IMG/VR virus record: IMGVR_UViG_3300032373_000001
Direction: 5' to 3' (one strand)
Length of the DNA stretch: 64,000 bases
Origin: a virus
Taxonomy: Duplodnaviria; Caudoviricetes
Below, piece by piece: positions 41,857 through 51,075 of this stretch (its first letter is position 1; each line of letters begins with the position of its first letter). The notes under the pieces were generated by a model that was given only the letters and a program-made list of their open reading frames with translations, was not told where the DNA came from and made no database searches. The position numbers and the translations under genes are program-made.

Positions 41857-42459
41857 TCAGAGCGCATAGATGACCTCATCCCCCCACTCCGAACGGCAAG
41901 TGTCCTTGAGGATGTTAAAGTTCTCTGCCACCTTCTCGAAGACCTCGACGTAAACCCTCATAGAGGGCAGAAGGCGGAGTCGATCGATGGTGCGGAAGAA
42001 CCGATAGCGAACATAGCCTTGAGTGACGCCCAGCTCACGGGCTACGTCGCTCTGGCAAGTGGTCGCCACCATCCGCTCCATGATGCGGGCATCCACATCT
42101 TCCTGAAGGACTCCCCGAAGGTCCCGACCCATTCTCACGGGGTCGAAGTCCGGCAGTTCCATCAAGAAGCGTATTCGAGCTGCTCCCCGCTGAAGCCTGT
42201 AGCACACCGTCGGCTGGGAGACGTTGAACATCTCCGCGATCGTGGTCTGACGCAGCCTCAAGAAGAAATAGAGCTCGATAAAGTCAGCCTCCCTTGCAGG
42301 GATGCGGTCCAGATAGGACCGCACCTCATCCAAACGCTCCTGACCCTCTTCGTGAAGTTCTTCCCAGACCGAAGGCATCTCGGCCAAGGAATCTTCTTCG
42401 CTGAACATTCGTTCAAGGTCGCTGGGGTCCAGGAGAACGTAACGTCCCCATCCGCTCAT
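41857..42459 (-). CDS. Sigma-70 region-4-like double-HTH transcription factor
   Basis: IPAREADFIELYF...QTTIAEMFNVSQPTVCYRLQRG and QSDVARELGVTQGYVRYRF; no clear region 2. Confidence 0.65.
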   Translation of the reverse strand: MSGWGRYVLLDPSDLERMFSEEDSLAEMPSVWEELHEEGQERLDEVRSYLDRIPAREADFIELYFFLRLRQTTIAEMFNVSQPTVCYRLQRGAARIRFLMELPDFDPVRMGRDLRGVLQEDVDARIMERMVATTCQSDVARELGVTQGYVRYRFFRTIDRLRLLPSMRVYVEVFEKVAENFNILKDTCRSEWGDEVIYAL

Positions 42460-43256
42460 TCATCGCCTCCCGACGGGCGAAGGGCAAAGCGCGGAATTTC
42501 CTTGATTATCTTGAGGGTGCGAAGCCCGTCGAAGACGACTTGAGCCTGACTCCCCTCTGTGTGGACCACCTGACCACACATGTTCTTGTAGTCGCCCTCT
42601 GTGACGACTACAAGCATTCCTTCTGTGATCTCTTCTGCGACCATCTTGCCGAGGGAGCCCTTCAGCTCATCCACGGCGGCCTGAGACACAGTCTGGAGGA
42701 CCGTGACCGACCCTCCAGTGTAGTGCAAGACCCCCTTCAAGTTGGGGGAGCGGTGTACCGCGTTCAGGTACTCTTGCTCGGGGAGCCCCGACGCGCAAAA
42801 GGCGTACCCTTCCATGACGCTAAAGGTGTACGCCTTTCCGCCATACTGGTAGCTGACCGAGGGAATGAACACGGGGAGGTCCTTGCTCTTCAAGACCGCC
42901 CGTAAGTGCGGCTCCAACTCACCTTGAGAGGCCAGCTGGACCCCAGCATAACTCAGCTCGAAGACCACCCAGGTCTGGTCATCTCGGACGTCCCGGCTGA
43001 CTCGCTCTGGGCGAAGGACCAACATCCCCCCGGTCAAGGGTTTCGTCACCGGACACAAGCGGTCCAGGACCTCTCCCCTTGTAGCGGACCGGAACCCTGC
43101 CTCCCGAAGCAGACTGAAGAAGTCTGCTTCGCTGAAAGTCGTCAGCGAGCAGGACCTCATCTCACGCACCAAGGTGGATACAGCTTCCCCGAGGGAAGTG
43201 ATCTCCTCCCCCAGGACACTCAGGAGTTGTTCGAAGTTTTCCTCACTGAGTGTCAT
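42456..43256 (-). CDS. NusG/RfaH-like transcription elongation factor
   Basis: NGN-like WVVFEL...VFIPS...MEGYAF...VLHY; KOW-like EGMLVVVTEGDYKNMCGQV. Confidence 0.7.
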   Translation of the reverse strand: MTLSEENFEQLLSVLGEEITSLGEAVSTLVREMRSCSLTTFSEADFFSLLREAGFRSATRGEVLDRLCPVTKPLTGGMLVLRPERVSRDVRDDQTWVVFELSYAGVQLASQGELEPHLRAVLKSKDLPVFIPSVSYQYGGKAYTFSVMEGYAFCASGLPEQEYLNAVHRSPNLKGVLHYTGGSVTVLQTVSQAAVDELKGSLGKMVAEEITEGMLVVVTEGDYKNMCGQVVHTEGSQAQVVFDGLRTLKIIKEIPRFALRPSGGDE

Positions 43257-43273
43257 CTAATCCTCCAAGGGTT

Positions 43274-44620
43274 TCACCCTGCGGATAAGTGAAACTGTAC
43301 CAAGTTCCGGAACAACACTGGCTGCATCTTGCCAGTTTTCGGGGCCCGTGGTTGGGGGAGAGGGATCTCAGGTTCTTCTCGCAGGGTGTTGGAGGGACCC
43401 GGACCCACCCCCCGAGGATCGATAAACACTCCACCTTGAACGGTCGGTTCTTCGAAGGTCTCAGGGTCTGGGTCAGGCTCCTCTGTAATTTCAGTACCCG
43501 CAGGCGCCGCAGATGTGACCCCTAAAACAACTTGGGACATGCTCTGAATCCCAAGTTGACCCCGGAGAGCGAAGTGTACTGACCCGACATCCATCAGGAG
43601 CGTGTGGCGATTCACCCGGTGAGGAGGAGCAGCGAAGCGGGCAGCGATCCCTAAGAGGGTAGGACCCATCTTGCTGATGTTCCGGATTCGCTCGGGTTTC
43701 CAGTGGGAAGGGATTTTGCCGACGCCCAGGCTTTCCCGATAAGCGCACATCGATGCCTCGGCAAGACGCTCGTAGGCCGATGCGGGGCTGACCTCGTGCG
43801 CCATCTGGGTAGCGATGACGGTTGCCTTCTGAAGGTCGGTCGCCAGGTTCTCCAAGATATCCAGCGCGAGGTCATTGGCCCCCAGCCTCATGTACTGAGA
43901 GACGTTCGCCTTCGTCACCGCGCCCAACATGCTGACGCCCTCGACCGACTTCAACGCGTCCCGGATGTGACTCTCAGAAATCTCCGCGAGGGTCACCAGG
44001 GCATCGTGCTCGTACTCGATGCCCTCCTGCTGGCAGACCCAGGCGAGACGCTCTGCGATCTTCTCGGGGACGACCGAGCGAATGACGAAAGCTGGAGCAC
44101 AGCGACTGAAGATGGTGGAACGCATCCGCTCCGGCTCGGTCGTAGCAAAGATGCAGACGAGCTTCTTGTCCTGAGTGCCCTCGACGGAATCTTCCATCGG
44201 CTTCAAGAGGATGTCGAGGGCCTGCTTGGAGAGCTGGTGGCTCTCGTCGAAGAGGTAGATCTTCCGCTTGCCGCTGAAAGAGGAATAGCGGATCTCATCA
44301 ACGATCCGGGCCAGGTCCTCCTTCTTGGACTTGCTGGCAGCGTCCAGCTCCTCGAAGTTCTCGTGCGTCTTGCCTTCGAGGAGCGTGCGGCACGAGTGGC
44401 ACTCATTGCAGGGGTCCCCGTCGACAGGGTCGTCGCAAAGAAGCGCGCGGACCAAGATGCGGGCAGTGGTAGTCTTCCCGCTGCCGTGCTGACCGCAGAA
44501 CACATAGCTCTGCTGGAAGCCGCGACCCTCCTTGACGAACTGGCGGAGGACCGCGACGTGGGAATCTTGCCCCAGGACATCGTTGTAGTTTGCGGGGCGG
44601 TATTTGGTGTCGAGGGCCAA
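43274..44620 (-). CDS. dnaX: DNA polymerase III gamma/tau-like clamp loader
   Basis: KYRP...VLGQ, GQHGSGKTT, CNECHSC zinc motif, ELDAAS, DESH, SRC. Confidence 0.9.
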   Translation of the reverse strand: MALDTKYRPANYNDVLGQDSHVAVLRQFVKEGRGFQQSYVFCGQHGSGKTTTARILVRALLCDDPVDGDPCNECHSCRTLLEGKTHENFEELDAASKSKKEDLARIVDEIRYSSFSGKRKIYLFDESHQLSKQALDILLKPMEDSVEGTQDKKLVCIFATTEPERMRSTIFSRCAPAFVIRSVVPEKIAERLAWVCQQEGIEYEHDALVTLAEISESHIRDALKSVEGVSMLGAVTKANVSQYMRLGANDLALDILENLATDLQKATVIATQMAHEVSPASAYERLAEASMCAYRESLGVGKIPSHWKPERIRNISKMGPTLLGIAARFAAPPHRVNRHTLLMDVGSVHFALRGQLGIQSMSQVVLGVTSAAPAGTEITEEPDPDPETFEEPTVQGGVFIDPRGVGPGPSNTLREEPEIPLPQPRAPKTGKMQPVLFRNLVQFHLSAG

Positions 44621-44640
44621 GGGGAACTCCGTGCTTGCCG

Positions 44641-45057
44641 CTACTTACCGGAAGAGTTGCGCTTGTGCAGTAGCTCTTGAACACCCAAGAAGACCTCACC
44701 CAGTGAGGGCACCCACGGGTGAGGAACTGGGTGAGGGTCGTTGGGGTCCGCAAAGCGGAACTCAGTATGTACAGTCAGCTCAGGCTCCTCAGAAATCGAC
44801 ACCAAGAAGAAGTTGACCCTGTAAGGGATTCCGTTGCAGTCTTCGAGGTCCACCCAGAACTCGGGGTTCGGGCCGACCTCGGCGTTAACCCCAAGCTCCT
44901 CGGATAATTCGCGGGCGAGGGCTTGCCTGAGGGTCTCGCCGGGGTCCACCTTCCCCCCAGGCGTCTCCCAGCAGCCTGCGTAGCTGGGACCCTTGCGCTT
45001 CCCCACGAAGAGGTGACCGCTCTCATCGAGCCAAAGCCCCGAGACTACTTGAAGCAT
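44641..45057 (-). CDS. NUDIX hydrolase (MutT-like)
   Basis: Nudix box GGKVDPGETLRQALARELSEELG; probable ATG 45057. Confidence 0.85.
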   Translation of the reverse strand: MLQVVSGLWLDESGHLFVGKRKGPSYAGCWETPGGKVDPGETLRQALARELSEELGVNAEVGPNPEFWVDLEDCNGIPYRVNFFLVSISEEPELTVHTEFRFADPNDPHPVPHPWVPSLGEVFLGVQELLHKRNSSGK

Positions 45058-45521
45058 GATCCCAACCCCAGAGTCTCCATAGTGTCTTCGATGCTCCGGA
45101 CCTTCTCCAGGTAGCGGGAGCGCTCCGCTTCGAAGTGCTTCTGGGAGGTGCGGCCAATGTGGGCGCGGGAGCACTCAGGGAACAGCGTCAGATACTCCAC
45201 AGGAAACTCAGCGAAGGATCGCGTAGAGCCCCCATCGTTCTCCCAGTAGCCTGCGGTGAACCTCTTGATAGTAGGGTGCTCCCACCGGTGGGAGTAACTG
45301 CTGCCCATGTCCCAGAGGAATCTGTAGAGTTGCTCATCGTCGCAGCAGACCCGGATCTGGGCCGAATGCCTGGACCGCTGGGCGGTGTAGTCCTTGTAGA
45401 ACCACACCAATCCCGGACGGTACAGACCCTCCTCGCTGAAGATGGCGGCCAGAGTCAAGGACTGATCCCGCTCCTGCCGTTCTTTCTCTCCCTGGAGATG
45501 TTCGATGTACTGCTGCCCCAT
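45045..45521 (-). CDS. Hypothetical protein
   Basis: 158 aa ORF filling a co-oriented gap; start uncertain. Confidence 0.45.
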   Translation of the reverse strand: MGQQYIEHLQGEKERQERDQSLTLAAIFSEEGLYRPGLVWFYKDYTAQRSRHSAQIRVCCDDEQLYRFLWDMGSSYSHRWEHPTIKRFTAGYWENDGGSTRSFAEFPVEYLTLFPECSRAHIGRTSQKHFEAERSRYLEKVRSIEDTMETLGLGSCFK

Positions 45522-45817
45522 CTTCCGGAGGCGGGCCTTCCGCTGAAGCGGGGGGCAGCGAGGTACTTCTCGAGCTCCTTCATCGGATAGGTCTCTTCGA
45601 TCGGAGTCCTGGATGAGGGGAAGCGGCCACTCATGTGGAAGAAGGTGCCCTCGAACCCAGCAGGGTCCTCAATGAAGAGGACCAGCCTCTTGCTCGATTG
45701 GAGGGTCGCCTTGAACCCTTCAGGCATTCGGAGGTTCAAGTAGTTCTGGACCTCCTCCGGAGTGTAGTTTTCGGGGGAGCCTGCCTTGACCTCCCGCCTC
45801 TCCTGAATCGTGCCCAT
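45455..45817 (-). CDS. Hypothetical protein
   Basis: 120 aa; TGATG coupling with the upstream ORF. Confidence 0.45.
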   Translation of the reverse strand: MGTIQERREVKAGSPENYTPEEVQNYLNLRMPEGFKATLQSSKRLVLFIEDPAGFEGTFFHMSGRFPSSRTPIEETYPMKELEKYLAAPRFSGRPASGRWGSSTSNISRERKNGRSGISP

Positions 45818-46128
45818 CAGAAATCCAGTCCTTGTAGATGTTGCTTCCAGGCCTCATCCCACTCGCTGCGAGAATAGTTGCTTCGCCGGTGGTTGACGTG
45901 GTCATCCCCAAACAAAGAGGACTCCCACCTCTCGGGGAGGGAGAGTCCTCTTTTCCGGATCTCCCTCAGAGCCCGGTGCGCCTTCCGTTGGGGAGAGCAA
46001 GTTGCAATGGCATCCCGCTCAAACCCGCAACGAGGGACATCGTCAAGACCTTCAGGATTGCAGAGGCAGACGAGTGCCTTGCTGGCGAAGGTCTTAAGGA
46101 GGGTGAGGTCTTCGGCGGAGAGCTTCAT
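45817..46128 (-). CDS. Hypothetical protein
   Basis: 103 aa co-oriented ORF. Confidence 0.5.
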   Translation of the reverse strand: MKLSAEDLTLLKTFASKALVCLCNPEGLDDVPRCGFERDAIATCSPQRKAHRALREIRKRGLSLPERWESSLFGDDHVNHRRSNYSRSEWDEAWKQHLQGLDF

Positions 46129-46146
46129 GCCCCACCCTACCCTCTC

Positions 46147-46758
46147 TCAGTCGAGGGTGAGGTCAAAGACCGAGCTCGGGTCCTCCTCCGAAGCCGGAGC
46201 CTTCGGAGCGACGTGGGGGGCATCCTCAGCGTCCGGCATAGGCGCACCGGGCATCGGGACGAAGGGCTTGGTCTGCTCGCCGTTCTTGACCACGTCCTCG
46301 ATCAGGTCCGCGCCGTCCTGGGGGCCTCGGGAAGCCTCGTCCGGCATCGGCATCCACACGCCGAAGCGCTCAACGTTCTCCCGGAACATCATGACGTCGG
46401 GCGGGACCTTGTAGCACTTGTAGCCGCTCTGGCTCTCTTCGTCTTCGTCCTCGTCGCAGCGGCAGGAGCACAGGAGGGAGTCGAGGAGCGCCTTCCGCTG
46501 GCGGGAGGTCAGCTCGTGCTCCCAGCCGTCAGAGCCCAGCATGAGGATGAACTCCAGGGGCTCATCCCGGAGAGCGTTCATCGTGGGGTTGGGGCGCAGC
46601 ACCTTGCCGTAAATGCGACCGCCTCCGCGACGGTTCCACGCCTTTTCGCGGAACATCACCACGATCTTGTCGACGACCAGCGCGAGGTCCGGGTGGTACT
46701 GACCGACCAGATACTTCATCTGGTCCTGGATCTCATCGCGCGCCTTCCACTGTTCCAT
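46147..46758 (-). CDS. Phage metallopeptidase-like protein, HExxH motif degenerate
   Basis: F(I)LMLGSDGW..LT.RQRKALLDSLLCSC...PDV..FRENVERFG resembles small phage putative metallopeptidases, which usually read LLDHELCH. Confidence 0.55.
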   Translation of the reverse strand: MEQWKARDEIQDQMKYLVGQYHPDLALVVDKIVVMFREKAWNRRGGGRIYGKVLRPNPTMNALRDEPLEFILMLGSDGWEHELTSRQRKALLDSLLCSCRCDEDEDEESQSGYKCYKVPPDVMMFRENVERFGVWMPMPDEASRGPQDGADLIEDVVKNGEQTKPFVPMPGAPMPDAEDAPHVAPKAPASEEDPSSVFDLTLD

Positions 46759-46769
46759 GTAAGTCTCCG

Positions 46770-47522
46770 TCAGAGCTGAAACGCTCTCTTCAGTGCATGA
46801 ACCCCGCCCCGATCCCAGATCTCTCCGGGGTCCTTGCCTCCGGAGTACCGAACGGGGCGGGCTCGGAGGCCTGCCTTCTCAAGTCGGGCAGGCACCCCTG
46901 GGATCCATTTACCTGGGTCACGGTCTGAGGTGGCCTTGGACCGATCGTGGAAACCCGTGAGCTGCTTCTGGCCGGTCTCATCCATGTCGAACGCTACATG
47001 AACCATGGCGGTGCGCGCCAGGAACCTACGAAGGAAATGGAGCTGAAGCCGGCTCAACCTCGCGGTCCCACAAGCCAGAGCAACGTCCCCTTTCGGGAGG
47101 GCCTTGGAGATACACAGGTCGAAGGCCCCCTCCACCAACCACACGGACCCACCCGCCCAGATCTTCTGGAGCACAGAGGGGGCCATTCCGATGAAAGTGG
47201 GGTTGTGCTCACTGCGAGGCAAGCGGTAGTCTCGAACCTTCTTCTTCTCGTCGAAGGACCAAGTCCTGTACTCCACCCCCAAAACACGGCCGGAGGGGCT
47301 CCAATAAGGTAGGGTGAGCCACCCTGCCCTCCAGTCACCCCGCTCCCCATGCTGGGTCCGATACTTGCCTTCTGGGGCGGGCTCCGCCGGGGCCTGCCAC
47401 AGACCCACCTGCATCTCTTCCATCAGAGAGTAGGGAAGACCACGCCCCAGGACGTAGCCCTCCAAAGCCTCAGAACGGTTTGCGGCGGCCCGGAGCAGGC
47501 CAGCCTTGAGCCAGTTTTCCAT
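46770..47522 (-). CDS. DnaG-type primase core (TOPRIM), no N-terminal zinc-binding domain
   Basis: WLVEGAFDL, VAFDMDETG, GKDPGE motifs. Confidence 0.75.
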   Translation of the reverse strand: MENWLKAGLLRAAANRSEALEGYVLGRGLPYSLMEEMQVGLWQAPAEPAPEGKYRTQHGERGDWRAGWLTLPYWSPSGRVLGVEYRTWSFDEKKKVRDYRLPRSEHNPTFIGMAPSVLQKIWAGGSVWLVEGAFDLCISKALPKGDVALACGTARLSRLQLHFLRRFLARTAMVHVAFDMDETGQKQLTGFHDRSKATSDRDPGKWIPGVPARLEKAGLRARPVRYSGGKDPGEIWDRGGVHALKRAFQL

Positions 47523-47642
47523 CAGAACGGATCGGAGACCAGGATGTAAGGGGTGAAGCCCGGGTCATCGCAGAGCACCCCAAGGGGCCGCGACGCAGGA
47601 TAAATCGAAAGGGCAAACCAGAGAACCCGTCGTCCAACCAGC

Positions 47643-48236
47643 TCACGTCTCGTCGGGCTTCTCATCGTCCGGCTCCGGGTCGGGTTCCACTGCCGAGGCC
47701 AGAATCACGATGCCTCGGGAGGGGTTGTGGAATGCAGCGGCCTTTACCCCTCCCGCAAAGTCGACCGTAGTGCCCAGATACCCGCGATCCTCGGGCAACA
47801 GAACGGCCCAGGTTGCCGGGACCCAGGCTTCCTCTCTCGCCGATATGGAGAGAGGAATTCCCACCAAAGGGAATTCGGAGCCGTGGATCAAGTGCCGTTC
47901 TCCAGGCACCTCATAAGACTCCAAGAAGTCCAAGGCAGACTTCAAGCCCTCTTTGGTGGGCGGGAGCACATTGCCCCACTCCTGCTCCAGAGACTTCGCC
48001 CAGATCAACTGGAGGGCATCCCGGAAGAGGAACCCCAGGGGGATTTTGCGAGGGGCAGCGCGGATCTCAGGACCGGGCATCGCCCGGTCAACCCACAAGA
48101 AGTCCCGCGAAGAGGTCACCAGGTACGGACCATCGAGCCCTGGTGAGATGGGGATCTTCAGGATAAGCGGGCGGCGCTTGTAGGAAGGGTAGGTGATCAT
48201 CTCCGTCAGAACCATGACAGAAACCTCCGCCACCAA
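47643..48236 (-). CDS. Hypothetical protein
   Basis: 197 aa co-oriented ORF; start uncertain. Confidence 0.5.
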   Translation of the reverse strand: MVAEVSVMVLTEMITYPSYKRRPLILKIPISPGLDGPYLVTSSRDFLWVDRAMPGPEIRAAPRKIPLGFLFRDALQLIWAKSLEQEWGNVLPPTKEGLKSALDFLESYEVPGERHLIHGSEFPLVGIPLSISAREEAWVPATWAVLLPEDRGYLGTTVDFAGGVKAAAFHNPSRGIVILASAVEPDPEPDDEKPDET

Positions 48237-48979
48237 GAGGGGGGGTCTTGGTGGGCCGGAAGCTGGGCGGCACGGAAGTCTTCGAGTTCCCCTTGGAGGC
48301 GGGCGAGAGCTTCTGATTTGACCTGGGCAGCCCGGCGATGCTCCTCTGCGCGAGCATCAGCTTCGCGCAGAGCCTTCTCGGAAGCGGCCAGGGCTCGCTC
48401 TTGGCTGCGAATGATGCTGTCTTTTTGATCGGCTTGCTGCTGGATTTCTGCAGCAGCGTCCAGGTCTGCCTGGAGTCTCTCCGCCTTGGCCTGCGCAGCC
48501 TTCAGGGTGACCGCTCCTTCCAGGTAGGCCCCTTGAAGGGTCTGACGGTCTTCTGGGGTATCCGCCCAAGCCGCCACACCCCACAACTTCAAGGCAGGCT
48601 CCGCCTGTAGCATGAGGTGGCCTCGCTGGTCGTCATCATCCCCATTCGCCAAGACCCACAAGAGGGAGGCGATATCGGGAAAACGAGCAGCGAGGTCTTG
48701 CGGAGGGCGCGTCTTCAGAAACTCCCGCAGGCTCTTGCGGATCTGAGGCTCGGTCGCGCGGGGAGTATAGTCCGGGCACTCCGGGGCACGGTCATCCAAG
48801 ACCGGGTCGCACTTCTGGCAGTCCAAGGCGCAGACCCGGACTGCCCCCGTACCAAAGGTCACCTCTCGGTTATTGGTACAGCTGGGGCCGGTGCGGCGGG
48901 TGAGGTTGCGGACCTCCCGCTGGATGGCCCGGTGTACTGCCTGCTTCAACTTATGAGCAACCTGACCCTTGGACCTCAT
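48206..48979 (-). CDS. Hypothetical protein (Cys cluster, coiled coil, amphipathic C-terminal tail)
   Basis: Probable ATG 48979; CALDCQKC...C; ends PSWWRRFLSWF. Confidence 0.55.
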   Translation of the reverse strand: MRSKGQVAHKLKQAVHRAIQREVRNLTRRTGPSCTNNREVTFGTGAVRVCALDCQKCDPVLDDRAPECPDYTPRATEPQIRKSLREFLKTRPPQDLAARFPDIASLLWVLANGDDDDQRGHLMLQAEPALKLWGVAAWADTPEDRQTLQGAYLEGAVTLKAAQAKAERLQADLDAAAEIQQQADQKDSIIRSQERALAASEKALREADARAEEHRRAAQVKSEALARLQGELEDFRAAQLPAHQDPPSWWRRFLSWF

Positions 48980-48983
48980 GGCG

Positions 48984-49640
48984 TCACTTCTTCCTCCGAA
49001 GGGGCTTGAACACCGCCGCACCCTTCTGGGCTTGGATGCGGTAGGCAGTGTCCGCCTCTTCTACAAGAGTAGGATTGTGTGTTACCGCGAGGATGTCCAA
49101 ACCCAACCGATCGCTCAGCAGCGAAAGGAACCGGGCAACGCGGGGGATGTACTGCTCGTTGATGGCCGCCAGGCTCTCGTCCAGCAGCAAGATAGGTCGC
49201 AAACCCCTCCGCGTCAGAACTACGATGCGCAGCAAGACTGACTGGACAGTCGCCACGGCCCCACCGTAGGACTCCGTCACAGACCCTACAACCTCGACAC
49301 CATTCGCCTGCTTCTGGATGGTGTCGAATTGGACGCTGACCTTGCCCCGGTGGACCCCCACCTCCGCGCGGACGCTGATGGTCTGGTCATCGAAAATCAC
49401 CCCGAGCCCCTCGGTGAGGAGGGATTCGGCCGTCTTGGCGTTGCCGACGATCTCTTGGTCCAAGAGGTTTCGGAAAAGGTCAGCGACTTTCGCCAACACC
49501 TCACTCTCCTGCGTCAAGGACGCAACCAATTCCTCGGTTGCGTCCCGGCGTCGGACCAAAGAGTCCCGGTGATGGACCGCTTCCAAGAGGCGGGCTTCGA
49601 CCCCTTGGAAGCGGTCCGAAAGGTTGTTCAGTTCTTCCAC
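48984..49640 (-). CDS. SbcC/Rad50-like ATPase, C-terminal half
   Basis: Short coil, then signature SYGGA, Walker B ILLLDE and H-loop VTHN; no Walker A. Confidence 0.8.
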   Translation of the reverse strand: MEELNNLSDRFQGVEARLLEAVHHRDSLVRRRDATEELVASLTQESEVLAKVADLFRNLLDQEIVGNAKTAESLLTEGLGVIFDDQTISVRAEVGVHRGKVSVQFDTIQKQANGVEVVGSVTESYGGAVATVQSVLLRIVVLTRRGLRPILLLDESLAAINEQYIPRVARFLSLLSDRLGLDILAVTHNPTLVEEADTAYRIQAQKGAAVFKPLRRKK

Positions 49641-50800
49641 AGGATGATCGCGGTGTAGCGGTTGTCGTCCGGGAACTTGTTGCCGAACAACTCCTCCCCA
49701 TCCTCACCTTCGGGAGCGTTTACCCGGAACTCCACGTACCCGCCGCGCGCCTTCTTGTAGACGCCGAGAGAAAGGGTGTCGAGGCCAAAGGTGCTGGCGA
49801 CTCCCTCCAGGTAGCGAGTGCGGATGGTGAAGTCGGTCCAGTTATCCATGTCCCCCGCGAGGACCGACTTCTCCAGAGGGTACTCATCCAGCCCGCCCGC
49901 CTCGCAAGGCATGCTGGCGTAGACCTGACCGGAGTTGTAGCTGAAGGTGACATCGCTGTGACCCTTGGGGGCACCTGCGAGGAGGACACTGAGCGCCACT
50001 GCGAACTCTTCGCGGTCCAGAGTGAGCTGGACCGGCGGGTTCTGGTCGCTGGGGATCTTCAAATCCGGGAATTCCAGCACAGGGCGGGAGACGCCGAAGT
50101 AGCTGCCGTCCGACTTCCAGAAGGTGGTGCTGCCCCCACCGCCCACCGACAGGTCGCGGTCGCTGTTCTTGATCGTGATGGAGTCCTTGCCTCCGAGGAA
50201 GCGGGAGACCGTGTTTACATCCGAGGAGGGGATGCGGATGTCGAGCCCGGTCAGCGGCAGGTCGATCTTGAGGATCGACCTGCGGTCGCTGGCCCAGAGA
50301 ACACCAGCGCGGGACTCCACCTGAGCGATCTCCGGCTTGGTGGTGTCCTCATCGCTCATGAAGAACTTGCAGAGCGCCAGCGCCCTGTTGAGGGCAGCGC
50401 CGTCGATGGTGCCCATCTCCTCCGCCGACGCCATCAGGTTGTCGTTGGTGGGCCACTTGGTCGGGTCCAGGGAGCGGAGCCGGATGCGGGAGTGCGGCCC
50501 CTTGCACCTCACGTCACCATTGCCCTCGTACTCCAAAGTCAGCAGACCCTCGCCGACCGCTGCGACCCACTTCTCCAAACGCCACGCCTCCACGGTGAAG
50601 GCATCCCCGTCCTCAGCGTTGTCCACCTTCGAGATGATAGGGGCCGAAGCGAAGGTCTGGCGCGAGAAGGAGTTGACCTTGAGAACGCCGCCCGAGAGCC
50701 GGAAGAGGTAGTGGGAAGAGAGGTCTGCATCCTTGCCCACGGCAAAGCGTACAGTGCTGATCGCGGTCTCCAGGTCTTGCTGAGCCACCTGAATCTTCAT
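49628..50800 (-). CDS. dnaN: DNA polymerase III beta sliding clamp
   Basis: 390 aa; MKIQVAQQDLETAI start, three-domain clamp pattern, FTIRTRYL near the end; adjacent replication genes. Confidence 0.75.
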   Translation of the reverse strand: MKIQVAQQDLETAISTVRFAVGKDADLSSHYLFRLSGGVLKVNSFSRQTFASAPIISKVDNAEDGDAFTVEAWRLEKWVAAVGEGLLTLEYEGNGDVRCKGPHSRIRLRSLDPTKWPTNDNLMASAEEMGTIDGAALNRALALCKFFMSDEDTTKPEIAQVESRAGVLWASDRRSILKIDLPLTGLDIRIPSSDVNTVSRFLGGKDSITIKNSDRDLSVGGGGSTTFWKSDGSYFGVSRPVLEFPDLKIPSDQNPPVQLTLDREEFAVALSVLLAGAPKGHSDVTFSYNSGQVYASMPCEAGGLDEYPLEKSVLAGDMDNWTDFTIRTRYLEGVASTFGLDTLSLGVYKKARGGYVEFRVNAPEGEDGEELFGNKFPDDNRYTAIILWKN

Positions 50801-51066
50801 CGGATTTTCTCCGTGTAAGGCTTGAGATCAGCTTCCAGCTGATCCAAGTCGTTGTTGAACTTTTCGACCTCAGAGGCCAACGCCTCTTCGAGGGCCTTGA
50901 CCTTGGCACCCAACTCGGAGGGCTCGATGCCCATGGCCCGAATCTCATCCTCAACCGCCGCCACGTTGCGGTCAGCTGCCTCTTTCTGGCCCTGGATGCG
51001 CTGGGCCAAGGAAGAGAGTTTATCGCGGCGCTTCAGCGCCTCTTCCAACTTGTTGTCGATGTCCAT
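50797..51066 (-). CDS. Small coiled-coil protein
   Basis: 89 aa of continuous heptad repeats. Confidence 0.65.
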   Translation of the reverse strand: MDIDNKLEEALKRRDKLSSLAQRIQGQKEAADRNVAAVEDEIRAMGIEPSELGAKVKALEEALASEVEKFNNDLDQLEADLKPYTEKIR

Positions 51067-51075
51067 ACTGTGCCC

